Assembly (NCBI RefSeq): GCF_003918875.1
Contig: NW_025767002.1
Span: 372,001-436,000, forward strand
From: Haliotis rubra
Taxonomy: Eukaryota
Length of the DNA: 64,000 bases
Direction of reading: 5' to 3'
A program made the position numbers and the translations under genes. The notes under the pieces are model-generated. The model was not told the origin of the DNA, did not search any database, and saw nothing but the letters and a program-made list of their open reading frames with translations. Positions 12,553 to 25,206 of the stretch are shown in pieces (positions within the stretch are counted from its first letter, which is position 1; every line of letters starts with the position of its first letter).

Positions 12553-13050
12553 TTAAATTGGTTTATTCAATAAAGGGGCCACAGGCCCATTATACAGTTA
12601 CATGAGTCATATCATGAAAGTGGAAAATCTGGAGCGCCATAGCACTGTACAAGATACATCAATAAACATACACTTAATGGGTTGTACAAGTTTTGTTAAG
12701 GTAATTGTTACGTTGTTTGAATGCAAGGAACAAAACTTCGCTAAACGATTTAAAATACCTGAATCGTGTGATGTGCAAAGTAATACCAGTTTGTCATAAG
12801 AAGGATGAGTACAATAGAACTCAGGCAAAATTGTATGTCTGAGATTATAGTAAAAAGGACATTCCAAACATATGTGATATTCTGTCTCAATTACAGGTAT
12901 AACACAAAATGGACATAATCTAGAATTTCTTGCCAGACCAGATTTTCTTCCAGACTCTATCATTTACTGATGGCCTGAACAGCGAAATATACTAAGAGCC
13001 TTACGATAAGCTGGTACGTCCAGACAAGTTAAGTACACCTCTCTCTCAGA
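12553..13050 (-). mobile_element. 5'-truncated LINE (CR1/L2-group-like) 3' end inserted into the older LINE
   Basis: MIESGR..RLCPFC..IETEYHICLECPFY..LR, a 3' hairpin GGGCC-TGT-GGCCC and AATAAA. Absent from the paralogous site near 30270. Confidence 0.8.
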
Positions 13051-13169
13051 GTACTGCTTTCTGGCGAGGAGGCTGAGCTGTACACACTGACTGTTGTTAA
13101 AGGACTCTATGCGACCTATACTGCATGAATATTCTACGCGTCTCTATTGATAACTTAAACTTATCTTAA

Positions 13170-14239
13170 AGGTCACATGCAACGTAAAACACAACTTTGC
13201 AGATTCTGATACCTTTCGGTATGGACTTACCGAAACAAAGCGTCAAAAATGCAAATTCAACTTATAAAGTTGAAAAATAACGCGATGAAAAATAACGCGC
13301 GTAATCAGAGTTCAAACGTTTCACTAAGTTTCCCCAGACTTTTCTGGGGAATATGGGTTTCAACAGCTGGGCTGCGCTGATAGCACGTGCGCAGTGAAAT
13401 AGGTTCGCGCAACTTGGAAGCGGGCTGTCTGGTGAATACTCGGTGAAGGCTTTGGTGTGAGCTATTTTCCTAATGTTTTGTTGATATCTCACAGGCGCGA
13501 GCTTTTTATATGTTATGACAGTAAATGAACTGTTTATATAATTTCATTTGTCTATTTCACCACACGTTCTTCTTACCGAGTCACTTTCTCAGTTCGATGC
13601 TTAAAAGCAATGTCATTATTTAGCGTTGACACAATTTCTAACTGTGATATAGATATGTCGCTGTCACAGACAAAATTCAATGTCTTGTTTTATTGACAGT
13701 GGGGGGTCTGCCTGCCTGTCTGCTAATGACAATATTCAATACACAACTGCGATCACTGACCACATGCAATTTGAACTTAACACCAATCAGGCTATACACC
13801 ATAAACAAAACACATTGATTTATGGCCCGAGTTCGGTCTCTGTCACATTATGTAATTACACAGACAGGCAGGTGTGATACTTGAACACATGACATGTTAT
13901 GATGTCTGTTGATTGCAAAATGTTATACACAAAAAATGAGCATGTATATACAAAACCCAATATCTCTATATATACGCACACAATGAGCCGGCGGCATCTG
14001 CTAATGAACCAGCCGTTACACTTGAGTGCACACCCACCCGCTCTGACTGGGTTCGGTATCCCGGCTGCTTCGTTTCGAGGGAGGTAAACCCAAGTACAAA
14101 ATATTGCACTTTTGATTTGCGATTATACGCTTATAATTTTGTTTATTTGTTTTTTCATAATCAGCAATGCATATTATATGTCATGAAGAAGTGATAATTG
14201 TGTGTTAATTATGTATGATTTTTTGGTTGCATGTGACCT
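13170..14239. mobile_element. non-autonomous Kolobok-like DNA transposon
   Basis: TIR AGGTCACATGCAAC/GTTGCATGTGACCT with TTAA TSD. Empty TTAA site at 30384. Confidence 0.88.
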
Positions 14240-14326
14240 TTAACTTATCGCATTCCCTTGTACTCTCCATTGGAGGAATAAAAGTGTATATATGTCTGAA
14301 ATTATTGAAACTTTGTACACTTAAAG

Positions 14327-14493
14327 ACTGACTGACTGAGTTTAGTTTTACGCCGCTTTTAGCAATATTCCAGCAATATCACGGCGGGGGACACCAGAAA
14401 TGGGCTTAACACATTGTGCCCATGTGGGGAATCGAACCCGGGCCTTTGGCGTGACGAGCCAACGCTTTAACCACTAGGCTACCCCACCGCCCC
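14327..14493 (-). mobile_element. SINE family A (young, AGTC tail)
   Basis: TSD GTACACTTAAAGA; empty site at 30461. Confidence 0.9.
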
Positions 14494-14544
14494 GTACACT
14501 TAAAGAAGCCAGTCGAAAGTCACCAACAGTGGAGTCCATGGTCA

Positions 14545-15672
14545 CTAGGTCAGGTTTAACGTCACTCTTCCGTCAATAACGGTATGCCCTCCGTGTGCAT
14601 CAATATCCGCTTGGCACCTCATGCCCATGGAAGCGATGCGATTACGAATCACATCCTGGGGAATGGTTGTCCACTCAGCTTGCAAAGCTGCTGAGGTAAA
14701 GTCTGTGGTTGAGGTTGTCGCCGTCGCAAACGTCGGTCCAACCCGTCCCAACGATGTTTGATGGGGTTCAAATCTGGTTCAAAGAACAGAACGTTGATGT
14801 ACTGGTTTGCCAAGAAGGCAATGGTAAATCGAGCTGTGTAAGGACGGGCATTGTCATGCTGAAAAACGTTGACATTGACCATGATAGGTTGGCCGTGGGG
14901 CCTTAGGATCTCGTCAATTGTGCCGTAAGATTGCCTCGAATTTGCACAAGATCTGTCCTGGCGTTGTAGGAGATTTCTACCTACATCATTACACTACCAC
15001 CACCAAATCTGTCAACTTCTTGCACACAGTTTGCATAAAACGGGATTCATCACTGAACCAAACTTGCCTCCATCGTCCACGAGGCCAAACCCTATGTGCC
15101 CGAGTCCACTGCAGTCGTGTTCGACGATGTTGCTAAGTGAGAATGACGCCTCTGATCGCACGTGTAGGTCGGATTCCTGCATCTCGAAGACGAATGCACA
15201 CGGTCTGGTCCGAAATCCTACGCAGTATTGTTGATGCGGTGGATGTTGCAGGGGCGTAACCGGATGTTACCATCCTCGGCAGACTGGTTCGACCGAGATT
15301 CGCCTGTTCTTCTAAGCGACCAATGAAGTTGTTGCGTTGCACTTCACTCAATCGCGGCATCACTGTACGGCGTGTTGACGGCTCAATACTAAGATATGGA
15401 AATCGAGAACCTGTCGCTTTTATAGGGATTTTGTTCCTGTAGCACGTGAAAAACATGCAGATCTCTCACACAGTCCCATTACGCGTGGATGCGTTTGGGC
15501 GAACAGTTGAATTTGTTCTTCTGTCTTCCAGGTTGACATGATTTATTGCAATTTCTTGTTGGTGATCAATGCCTCAACTCCTGTGACACCACAGCCTATG
15601 GGCTTGTAATATTATATTTCTGTTTCAAACAATTTTTTTTATCCATTTTGCGTTTCTTTTTCGAAGAGTATA
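14545..15672 (-). mobile_element. Tc1/mariner transposon relic 1
   Basis: MPRLSEVQRNN.IGRLE start at 15360, FQHDNARP and PDLNPIKH motifs, frameshifts. Putative end TA-TACTCTTCGAAAAAGAAACGC. Confidence 0.85.
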
Positions 15673-16464
15673 TATGTGTCATTTCCTATTCCCTCTGTTC
15701 CTGTGTAGGCCAAGGTGTTCTTTTTACGTGCCTGTGCATCTTGTGCATCTTGCTACCGTATGTCTTAGGTTACGTTCCCCTTTACGCCAACGCATGGTAT
15801 CACTACTCTGGTCGCAAACAAACAAATGTATTAGATAACTGAAACAAACTGAACTGCAATATTACGAACCACCATTTCTCCATGACATTTTCATGCAAGC
15901 TGACAATTTCGAACGTAAGCGTGCATTAAAGTTTCCGAAGAGGCGTTATTGCGCTGTACATTCGTTCCATGTACACAAACCAGCATTATAATGGAGTAAC
16001 TATAACAATCAAACAGTAATTTTGAAAAATATTTGAAATTTCATATAGCGATATTACATATGCGTTTCTTTTTCTTTTTTTTTGAGTGTACATGATATCC
16101 GATTTCCGTGTGTTATTGAATATGTAGCCTGAATTTCAGTCGAAACGGATGAAATTACTTGCACTGTGTAGCATTATGAACCAGTGAAGCATAGGAACAT
16201 ATTGTGAGCCAATTGAAAATATTATTATTTTTTTTAAAATTATTTAATTTCAATGGTTTTATTGTCAGAAAGTCCCTGTTACAAGATCGAGGATCACCTC
16301 CAGGGAAAGGGTGGCCCTCATTTGTACAGTATAAAAGCTTACTAGTAGAAATTCTGACATTGTCTAAAACAAAAAGAAACTCATTAACTCTCACATTCAT
16401 GCTAATACTGTTGTGAGTTTAAAATAAACAGCCAGCTTTTACTATGTGTCTGCTTTTCACTTAT

Positions 16465-16630
16465 GGGACGGTGGTGTAGCCTAGTGGTTAAAGCGTTCGC
16501 TCATCACGCCGAAGACCCGGGTTCGATTCCCCATATGGGTACAGTGTGTGAAACTCATTTCTGGTGTCCCCCGCAGTGATATTGCTGGAATATTGCTAAA
16601 ATCGGCATAAAACCAAACTCACTCACTCAC
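16465..16630 (+). mobile_element. SINE family A, at the breakpoint of the 2.85-kb tandem unit
   Basis: A/B boxes; TSD CTTTTCACTTAT. Confidence 0.85.
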
Positions 16631-18055
16631 TTTTCACTTATACTTAGGCAAGACTAACTGAAAGGTGGATGATAGAACGCCCACTTTGTGTAATATTTAT
16701 TGAGTTTATGTCTGCTTGAGAAACTAATTTTCTCAATAGAATACCTTTGTTCACACCATCAATGTGTTTTACCCCCTTGGGATACTCTTAAATGCTATTT
16801 CCTGTATTTTGTGACTCTTCGTGTTGGATTGCTTTTGTAACAAATTCTGTTTATTTATTAATTATATATTTTAGTGATGTATAAATATACATATATATGT
16901 TTCACCAACACATTTTCGACTTTCATTCAAGAATCATCTATCGCTTGTTTTCAAGGTAAACCATACATAACATCTTCGACATTCTACAGCTTGAATTAGT
17001 TTCTGCATAGGTGGTAACCTTGAGGATTGCTTATTCTTTAGATTCTGTTTGTAAGATGTCCTACTGTATATGTGAGCAACTAATTTACTTCTCTAAAGGT
17101 AGTTTCGCCCCTAGAACCTCACATATATACTACTACCTGACTAACATCAATTGGTCCAAATGCGTCAGAACTTCATGACAAATATCAGACAATCAGTTCA
17201 TTAATAGATCTATGAAAAAGCTAAACTGTTGCTTTGCTATTTATTTGATACAGTCGATACAGATAGGCGAACTAGCTATTCCCCAAACCTATTTTCCACA
17301 TGTTGAAGATTTTCCCTATGGTGTCTGACGTGTTCCCTATTCTTATGACTATCGGATGTTCCTGGGTATGTTCAGGTGAATAGTTGACGTGCCTGTGCAT
17401 GTGTTACTGCCATTGGGAGGCATGATACGTTCTCCTATTCTTAAACACCTGGTATCACCTCTGTTTATTAATGATTTACAATCACATACTTATGAAACAG
17501 TTGCAACCGTTCAACTGACGTTAGGCAGAAACTGGTTAAAGCTTTCAATCTTAATGCGTCCAAGAGTTCGATTCCCAATATTGAATGAATCACTGCCACC
17601 ATACTTGAACAATACTGCTAAAATTGGAGTAATATACTGAGGGAAATAAATAATGAAACACCACTTCATGTCAGTGTTCCTTTATTTATTCTCAGACTCT
17701 CCCCACGGCGCTATTCAAAACTGGTGATGAAAACTGGAAAAGGAACGCTTGAATTTTCCTGTGTTTCTTTATTTGTTTCTCTCTGTATGTCGAAGCAACA
17801 CAGGAAAGAATGCCTGAGTGAAGTGTGGTGATGTTAGTTTCCTATATGTTCATGTTGATCTATATCTTCTTGCTGTGTGCCCAGGGAGAGATTCGGGGTT
17901 AGAAAAAGACCCCATAAAACATATGCTTGACATTTGAGACCACCAAACAACTATGGTTGTTAGGCTCGGTGACTTGGTTAAGTGGGTGTCATCTAATATC
18001 AAACAGAGTACAGACATGGATTATTGCTTACAATATCAATCACTGGATTTACAGT

Positions 18056-18190
18056 CAGTGAGTTAAGTTTTACGCCGCTTTTAGCAATATTCCAGTAATG
18101 GGCTTCACACATTGTACCCATGTGGGGAATCGAACCCGGGCCATCGGCGTGACGAACGAACGCTTTAACCACTAGGCTACCCCACCGCTT
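18056..18190 (-). mobile_element. SINE family A with internal deletion, downstream of exon 3; also at ~20904, 25833, 34196, 37047 and 39897
   Basis: TSD CACTGGATTTACA. Confidence 0.8.
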
Positions 18191-18361
18191 CCACTGGATT
18201 TACAAGCCGTAGCAGGAACATGTCTGAGCGTGGTGTTAAACAGCAACCATACAACTTATCTTGTAGCTGTTAGACGCAGACATGTGTATACAAACAACTG
18301 AACCATTGCTTATGAATTGTACCAGTTGTTATTTTCATCAATGAAAAAGGATTGAATTACA

Positions 18362-18954
18362 TTAGGATTTGTTTCTTCTGAACAGTTTGGTAAAACGATG
18401 AAAGATTGATTTTGGCTTTTGTACATTTCGTTTCTGATTACAATTTTCGATCACACTGGCTGTACTGAATGACATATGCTTCTTTGATGTGAGATTATTT
18501 TGAGAGAGTTCATGATGTCTTGTTGACTTATTGTCTTGTTTAGGAGACACAATGTGGTCAATGCACGAGGTCTGTGTAGCCCCTGACATCTGAACAAGTC
18601 CAACACCTTCTCCAGCTCCAGAATGTACACCCAGTCTTTCAGCTCTCAACATGTCCACCTCCTTCAACAAGCGGTCCACCTGCTCCCCGAGGGACACTTT
18701 CTCATCCGAGAGTTGTCTGGCTTGTGTCTTGAAATGTTGATTCTTCATTTTCAGACATTTGGAGCGGTGTCGAGCATCTCGTAGGTCAGCCCGGAGAGTG
18801 TCCACCTCGGCCAGGACAGCCGTCAGCTGCACGTGGAGTTCGTGCTCTTTGACATTTTGTTTATCCTCTTGACAACAGTCCCATTGGAATGGAGGCTGGG
18901 GTCGAATAGGTCTTGGTTTTATCGCGACGTGTTTGGGAACCATATCGTGGAACT
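18362..18954 (-). CDS. family copy B: orphan intact exon 3, a possible alternative last exon of copy C
   Basis: Acceptor TTCCAG and 593 nt open to TAA. Only ~140 bp of intron 2 lies upstream. Confidence 0.55.
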
Positions 18955-19691
18955 CTGGAAACGCAATAATCCAATTTAGTATGTGATCAATCAAATCATA
19001 AGCCTACAAAAGCACATATATACATCTTCTTTGTTGAATCAGAGACCATGTAATCTATTATATGGTCTCTGGTTGAAATCAGGAAAAAGGTAGAAAGGCC
19101 CTGGTTCCATTCCCCATATGGGTACATTGTATGAAACTCATTTCTGGTGTCCCCCGCAGTGATATTGCTGGAATGTTGCTAAAATCGGCATAAAACCAAA
19201 CTCACTCACTCACATTTCACTTATACTTACTAAGACTAACTGAAAGGTGGATGATAGAACGCCCACTATGTGTAAAATTTATTGAGTTTATATCTGCTTG
19301 AGAAACTAATTTTCTCAATAGAATACCTTTGTTCACACACTTTCTTAAAACCATCAATGTGTTTTACCCCCTTGAGATACCCTTAAATGCTATTTCCTGT
19401 ATTTTGGGACTCTTCAAGTTGGATTGCTTTTGTAACAAATTCTGTTTATATATTTATTATATATTTTAGTGATGTATAAATATACATATATATGTTTCAC
19501 CAACACATTTTCGACTTTCATTCAAGAATCATCTACCGCTTGTTTTCAAGGTAAACCATACATAACATCTTCGACATTCTACAGCTTGAATTAGTTTCTG
19601 CATAGGTGGTAACCTTGAGGTTTGCTTATTCTTTCGATTCTGTGTAAGATGTCCTACTTTATATGTGAGCAACTGATTTACTTCTCTAAAG

Positions 19692-19947
19692 GTGAGGTGA
19701 GGTGAAATTGGGTTTAACGTCGTGCTTGAAAATATTTCGCTCATATGACGACGTGCATGCGTGTGTATGTGTAAGTGCGGCTGCTTGTACTAGCCCAGAC
19801 TTAAGCTGGTTTTATAGTGCTAGCCCACTGAGATACCATGCCACAGTGAAGCATGAATTCAGACACATTATACTGACTCCGAGCCAACCAGTCCTTGTCG
19901 TACCCTCTCCGGGCGGAAGCTCTAACCACTAAACCACGGAGGCGGTC
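19692..19947 (-). mobile_element. SINE family C with internal deletion; duplicated at ~32985, 35837 and 38686
   Basis: TSD CTAAAGGT; empty site at 17093. Confidence 0.85.
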
Positions 19948-21212
19948 TCCCTAAAGGTAGTTTCGCCGCTAGAACATCACATTTATACTACTACCTGACT
20001 AACATCAATTGGTCCAAATGCGTCAGAACTTCATGACAGATATCACACAATCAGTTCATTAATAGATCTATGAAAAAGCTAAACTGTTGCTTTGCTATTC
20101 ATTTGATACAGTCGATACAGATAGGCGAACTAGCTATTCCCAAACCTATTTTCCACATGTTGAAGATTTTCCCTATGGTGTCTGACGTGTTCCCTATTCT
20201 TATGAGTATCAGATGTTCCTGGGTATGTTCAGGTGAATAGTTGACGTGCCTGTGCATGTGTTACTGCCATTGGGAGGCATGATACGTTCTCCTATTCTTA
20301 AACACCTGGTATCACCTCTGTTTATTAATGATTTACAATCACATACTTATGAAACAGTTGCAACCGTTCAACTGACGTTAGGCAGAAACTGGTTAAAGCT
20401 TTCAATCTTAATGCGTCCTCGATTCCCAATATTGAATGAATCACTGCCACCATACTTGAACAATACTGCTAAAATTGGAGTAATATACTGAGGGAAATAA
20501 ATAATGAAACACCACCTCATGTCAGTGTTCCTTTATTTATTCTCAGACTCCCCCCATAGCGCTATTCAAAACTGGTGATGAAAACTGGAAAAGGAACGCT
20601 TGAATTTTCCTGTGTTTCTTTATTTGTTTCTCTCTGTATATCGAAGGAACCCAGGAAAGAATGCCTGAGTGAAGTGTGATGATGTTAGTTTCCTATATGT
20701 TCATGTTGATCTATATCTTCTTGCTGTGTGCCCAGGGAGAGATTCGGGGTTAGAAAAAGACCCCATAAAACATATGCTTGACATTTGAGACCACCAAACA
20801 ACTATGGTTGTTAGGCTCGGTGACTTGGTTAAGTGGGTGTCATCTAATATCAAACAGAGTACAGACATGGATTATTGCTTACAGTATCAATCACTGGATT
20901 TACAGTGAGTGAGTTAAGTTTTACGCCGCTTTTAGCAATATTCCAGTAATGGGCTTCACACATTGTACCCATGTGGGGAATCGAACCCGGGCCATCGGCG
21001 TGACGAACGAACGCTTTAACCACTAGGCTACCCCACCGCTTCCACTGGATTTACAAGCCGTAGCAGGAACATGTCTGAGCGTGGTGTTAAACAGCAACCA
21101 TACAACTTATCTTGTAGCTGTTAGACGCAGACATGTGTATACAAACAACTGAACCATTGCTTATGAATTGTACCAGTTGTTATTTTCATCAATGAAAAAG
21201 GATTGAATTACA

Positions 21213-21805
21213 TTAGGATTTGTTTCTTCTGAACAGTTTGGTAAAACGATGAAAGATTGATTTTGGCTTTTGTACATTTCGTTTCTGATTACAATTTTCG
21301 ATCACACTGGCTGTACTGAATGACATATGCTTCTTTGATGAGAGATTATTTTGAGAGAGTTCATGATGTCTTGTTGACGTATTGTCTTGTTTAGGAGACA
21401 CAATGTGGTCAAAGCACGAGGTCTGTGTAGCCCCTGACCTCTGAACAAGTCCAACACCTTCTCCAGCTCCAGAAAGTACACCCAGTCTTTCAGCTCTCAA
21501 CATGTCCACCTCCTTCAACAAGCGGTCCACCTGCTCCCCGAGGGAGACTTTCTCATCCGACAGTTGTCTGACTTGTGTCTTGAAATGTTGATTCTTCATT
21601 TTCAGACATTTGGAGCGGTGTCGAGCATCTCGTAGGTCAGCCCGGAGAGTGTCCACCTCGGCCAGGACAGCCGTCAGCTGCACGTGGAGCTCGTGCTCTT
21701 TGACATTTTGTTTATCCTCTTGACAACAGTCCCATTGGAATGGAGGCTGGGGTCGAATAGGTCTTGGTTTTATCGCGACGTGTTTGGGAACCATATCGTG
21801 GAACT
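21213..21805 (-). CDS. family copy C exon 3 (coiled coil plus basic amphipathic tail)
   Basis: 593 nt. The spliced CDS is 88+129+593 = 810 nt, 269 aa. Confidence 0.75.
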
Positions 21806-22103
21806 CTGGAAACGCAATAATCCAATTTAGTATGTGATCAATCAAATCATAAGCCTACAAAAGCACATATACATCTTCTTTGTTGAATCAGAGACCATGT
21901 AATCTATTATATGGTCTCTGGTTGAATAAGGAAAAAAGGTAGAAACATAACAGTTGATACAGAAAGTTATTTTTCAAATGAATCATAGGCCTAAAAAGCA
22001 CATGTACAACCGTGTGTTGAATAAAGGAAAATAATAGAAACCATTGTTTTCAAATAAAGTTGGAAGGATACGAAAATTAAAGGTATTTATGACACACACA
22101 CAC

Positions 22104-22232
22104 CTTTAAGTTCTCTGTGTGCGAACCACTGTGCCACCTCGGAATCAAACCCCTCACACTCGGACATGGTCAGACGTCTGGCGACTGGTTTTGGTTTTAT
22201 TGTGACGTGTTTGGGAACCGCATCATGAATCT
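22104..22232 (-). CDS. family copy C exon 2
   Basis: 129 nt, AG/GT; IHDAVPKHVTIKPKPVARRLTMSECEGFDSEVAQWFAHRELK. Confidence 0.75.
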
Positions 22233-22347
22233 CTGAAATAACAATAACAGAATTTGGTACAAAATCAAACCAGTATGACAAGTGGAAAGCAAATATATCA
22301 AGCCTATGAGATGCAGAAATATAGTGTCTGGGTCTTAGACCCGTTTC

Positions 22348-22597
22348 AGTGAGTGAGTGAGTGTGTTTAGTTTTACTCCGCACTCAGCAATATTCCAGTT
22401 ATATGGCGGCGGTCTGTAAATAATCGAGTCTGGACCAGACAATCCGGTGATCAACAGCTTGCGCATCGACCTATGCAATTGAGATACGATGACATGTGTC
22501 AACTAATTCAGCGAGCCTGACCACCCAATCCCGTTAGTTGCCTCTTACGACAAGCATGAGTTACTGAAGGTCAATTCTAACCCGGATCGTCACGGAT
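22348..22597 (-). mobile_element. SINE family B in intron 1 of copy C; also 41331-41572 in copy G
   Basis: Full-length match to family B. Confidence 0.8.
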
Positions 22598-22646
22598 ATT
22601 CAGCTGTAGGTATGAAGTCTATTATTATATATAAGAGCACGCTTAC

Positions 22647-22734
22647 CTGTCGGTTCTGTACGTGCAAAACACTCGGCCACCTCGGGATCAAATCCCTCAC
22701 ACTCAGACATGGTCAGACGTTTGGTGACTGGCAT
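22647..22734 (-). CDS. family copy C exon 1
   Basis: ATG at 22734, 88 nt, donor GTAAGC. Confidence 0.75.
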
Positions 22735-22813
22735 AATCTTTGGATTATCTCGATAAATGAAGAGCGTACTGCAGTGCTGTTGTAGCTGGCTGAGACAATG
22801 TCAGACAATGGCG

Positions 22814-22842
22814 TGACGTCACAATATCACCGAATGACGTCA
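22814..22842 (-). promoter_or_regulatory. two perfect CRE palindromes 21 bp apart
   Basis: TGACGTCA at 22814 and 22835. Confidence 0.5.
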
Positions 22843-23684
22843 TAGCGATCTCCAGTCGGTAGTTTCCGTTTGGATTATCCGTTTTCGGCATATTTCGCCT
22901 CGATCGTGTTCCGATTGCGACATGTCAGCCTTAACATACAATGCTCACTAGATGCTCCTTTATCTTTGGTATGATGTCGATACTTTTTTCTGAACCATCA
23001 TTATATCATGAACAAATATGTCATCCTTACAAATATTAATTGAATGAATAGGAGATATTTTCATGTGTTTTTCCCGAATGAAATTGTTTTCCGGTAAGGG
23101 ATTATTCGAATTGTCATTGGTGAATTGACATTTCACATTTCTGTTCCGATTGCGACATATAACCCTTATAACATACATACATTGATCATTAAATGCTTTG
23201 TGCTCTGTGGTATAATATCGATATTTCTCACCTAAACATCATTATATAATAATTACATATCTATTGATTATTCATAACATTACCACAAAAAATTTAAAAG
23301 GAACTTAATGCAATGCAAATTGTGATTTTGACTTTTTCCCTCTCCAGAATTACAGCGATTTACAAAGTTGAACTGAAAAGGCTTTTCAAACAACAACTTG
23401 AAAAGTATTTTGTTCAACCAATACTTTGAACACATTTGAATTGATTGTTTTCAAATTTGGGGATCACCCTCCATATCTATAGGAGAGATGCAGTGCAAAG
23501 TTGTATTTTGCCATTTTAATTTTTCGACTTTTAAAATTGCATTTCTTGAACTCTGGAAAAAGTCAAAGTTGTTGATAATAACAATTATTTACTAAGTTGA
23601 TTATTTTCAGATTTGGGTAATGGATTCTTTGTTAATAGGAAAGGTGCAGTACAACATTTGATACAGACCTACTATTTCACAAAG

Positions 23685-24263
23685 CTAAATGAAAATACAC
23701 AACGGCGTAACTCCACGTGATGATATCCTACCCCTCATGTCAAATTTCGGGCTATGATTTGGGCGTTGGTAGATAGGTTTCAAGGTATCGTTTGTCCAAA
23801 TTTTGACAGAACTTTCATCAGAAAAGAAAACATTATCCCAATCTTGATTTTCGTGAGCCCTACACCAGTTTAAACGTCTTTTTTGTGCACCGTTCATCAG
23901 TGGTGAGGGAATTCCGCGCTTTTTCACCCAGTTAAGTCTTTGTAATTCTTGTCGAAGGGTTTCATGACATACCTGAGGACTTCCTCTATTAATCATCTCA
24001 TTTCTGATATTCTCAACGCTTTTCAATTTTCCCATACTCTCAATCTGACCAAGTCGCCGTCGATCCGTAGTTTTGAACTTCCTTGGCCTCCCTGCCCCTG
24101 TCTTGTACTCAATCCCAACCCCTGACTGAATATTCTTCAACGTTTTTGTATACTATAGACAGAGGAATGTCATGTCTACCAGCTAACTCTTTTGCATTTG
24201 CCACACCCTTTTAAAATCATCTGGAACCAGCTTACTTTTCTCTTTTGCTGTCAAATCTGCCAT
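23685..24263 (-). mobile_element. Tc1/IS630-like transposase pseudogene (relic 2), 3'-truncated
   Basis: MADLTAKEK start, GAGRPRK linker, RLNWCRAH..WDNVFFSDES and GRISSRG, with frameshifts. Confidence 0.85.
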
Positions 24264-24607
24264 GTCAACAAAGGAAGCCGCCTGTTTCATCAGGGGAGAT
24301 AACTCTTGATGAAGTGAGGTTCATTCTCAAGCCTACAAGTGTTGCCTCCCATATTGAGTACCTTACTACATAATGTAACACCTATTTTAAAATTCTATTA
24401 TCAGAAAGATGGAAACAAAGATTTTCTCAATAATATCTAGGAAAACTGTGCATATGATATAGCTGCAATCAGACTTTCAGCAGCAACTCTTTATGATTAT
24501 GGAAATGTGTCTCGTCTTTCTGTTTATGGTGAATAATCAGTTCAGATGATTCCAAGGCATGTACCAAGGGTGTGTCCCACCGTTCACACAGAACGTTACA
24601 CACCTAT

Positions 24608-25093
24608 AGTCTGTTTGCAGTGAAAACGTATCGATGAATTTCACTTTAAACAAAAAAGTAAATGAAATAAAGTGAAATTAAGATTGCGAATCCTCATAAT
24701 TTTACCTTGCCAATTGAACATTTAAATCTCAAAATTTTATTCAAATTAGGATAAAAGTTGTTTGTTTGTATTACAAGGGGGTAAGCGCAGTAGTTGGAAC
24801 AGTGAAACAAATGTACGTGCGGTACGTGAAGAGCGCTAACTTATAACAAACCTTGTCGTTTTCGGTGTTTCATTTGATGTGCATACCCCCTTGTAAGACA
24901 AACCAATAATAGCCATGAGAAACTATGATCGTTTGTTAAACAACTTTTATCCTAAGTCGAATACAATTCTGAGATTTAAATGTTCAATTGGCAAGGTAAA
25001 ATCATGAGGATTCACAGTCTTAATTTCACTTTATTTGTTTTACGTTTTGGTTTAAACTGACATTCATCGGTACGTTTTCACTGCAAACAGACT
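24608..25093. mobile_element. foldback/MITE element with ~150-bp inverted arms
   Basis: AGTCTGTTTGCAGTGAAAACGTA... pairs with ...TACGTTTTCACTGCAAACAGACT. Confidence 0.8.
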
Positions 25094-25206
25094 TTAGTCT
25101 TGTTTAAAAAACCAAACTCAATGTAAGCTATGTTGTATCCTTGCTATTTCTTTTAATAGTCGATTGATTGTTTGAGTAGTCCATTGGTTTAAAGCTTTCG
25201 CTCTAA

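Larger units (their letters stand above)
16512..21945. repeat. two tandem units (~2.6 and 2.85 kb), each carrying exon 3
   Basis: ORF offset is 2851. Junction GGTAGAAA|GGCCC at about 19096. Confidence 0.9.

Noticed and set aside
12017-12605. Divergent partner host gene paired with the coiled-coil gene (toxin-antidote-like)
   Set aside because: Frameshifted, resembles a LINE ORF2 C-terminus, and is interrupted by another LINE.
17389-17640. Repeated 81-83-aa ORF MPVHVLL...
   Set aside because: GTG start, and it spans an interspersed repeat (inverted homolog at ~46700-46900) and a decayed SINE head. It recurs only through tandem duplication.
18955-18994. Single-exon 210-aa gene models starting MIDHILNW
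   Set aside because: Non-ATG start in intronic sequence upstream of a conserved acceptor. The N-termini differ among A, C and I exactly up to that acceptor.
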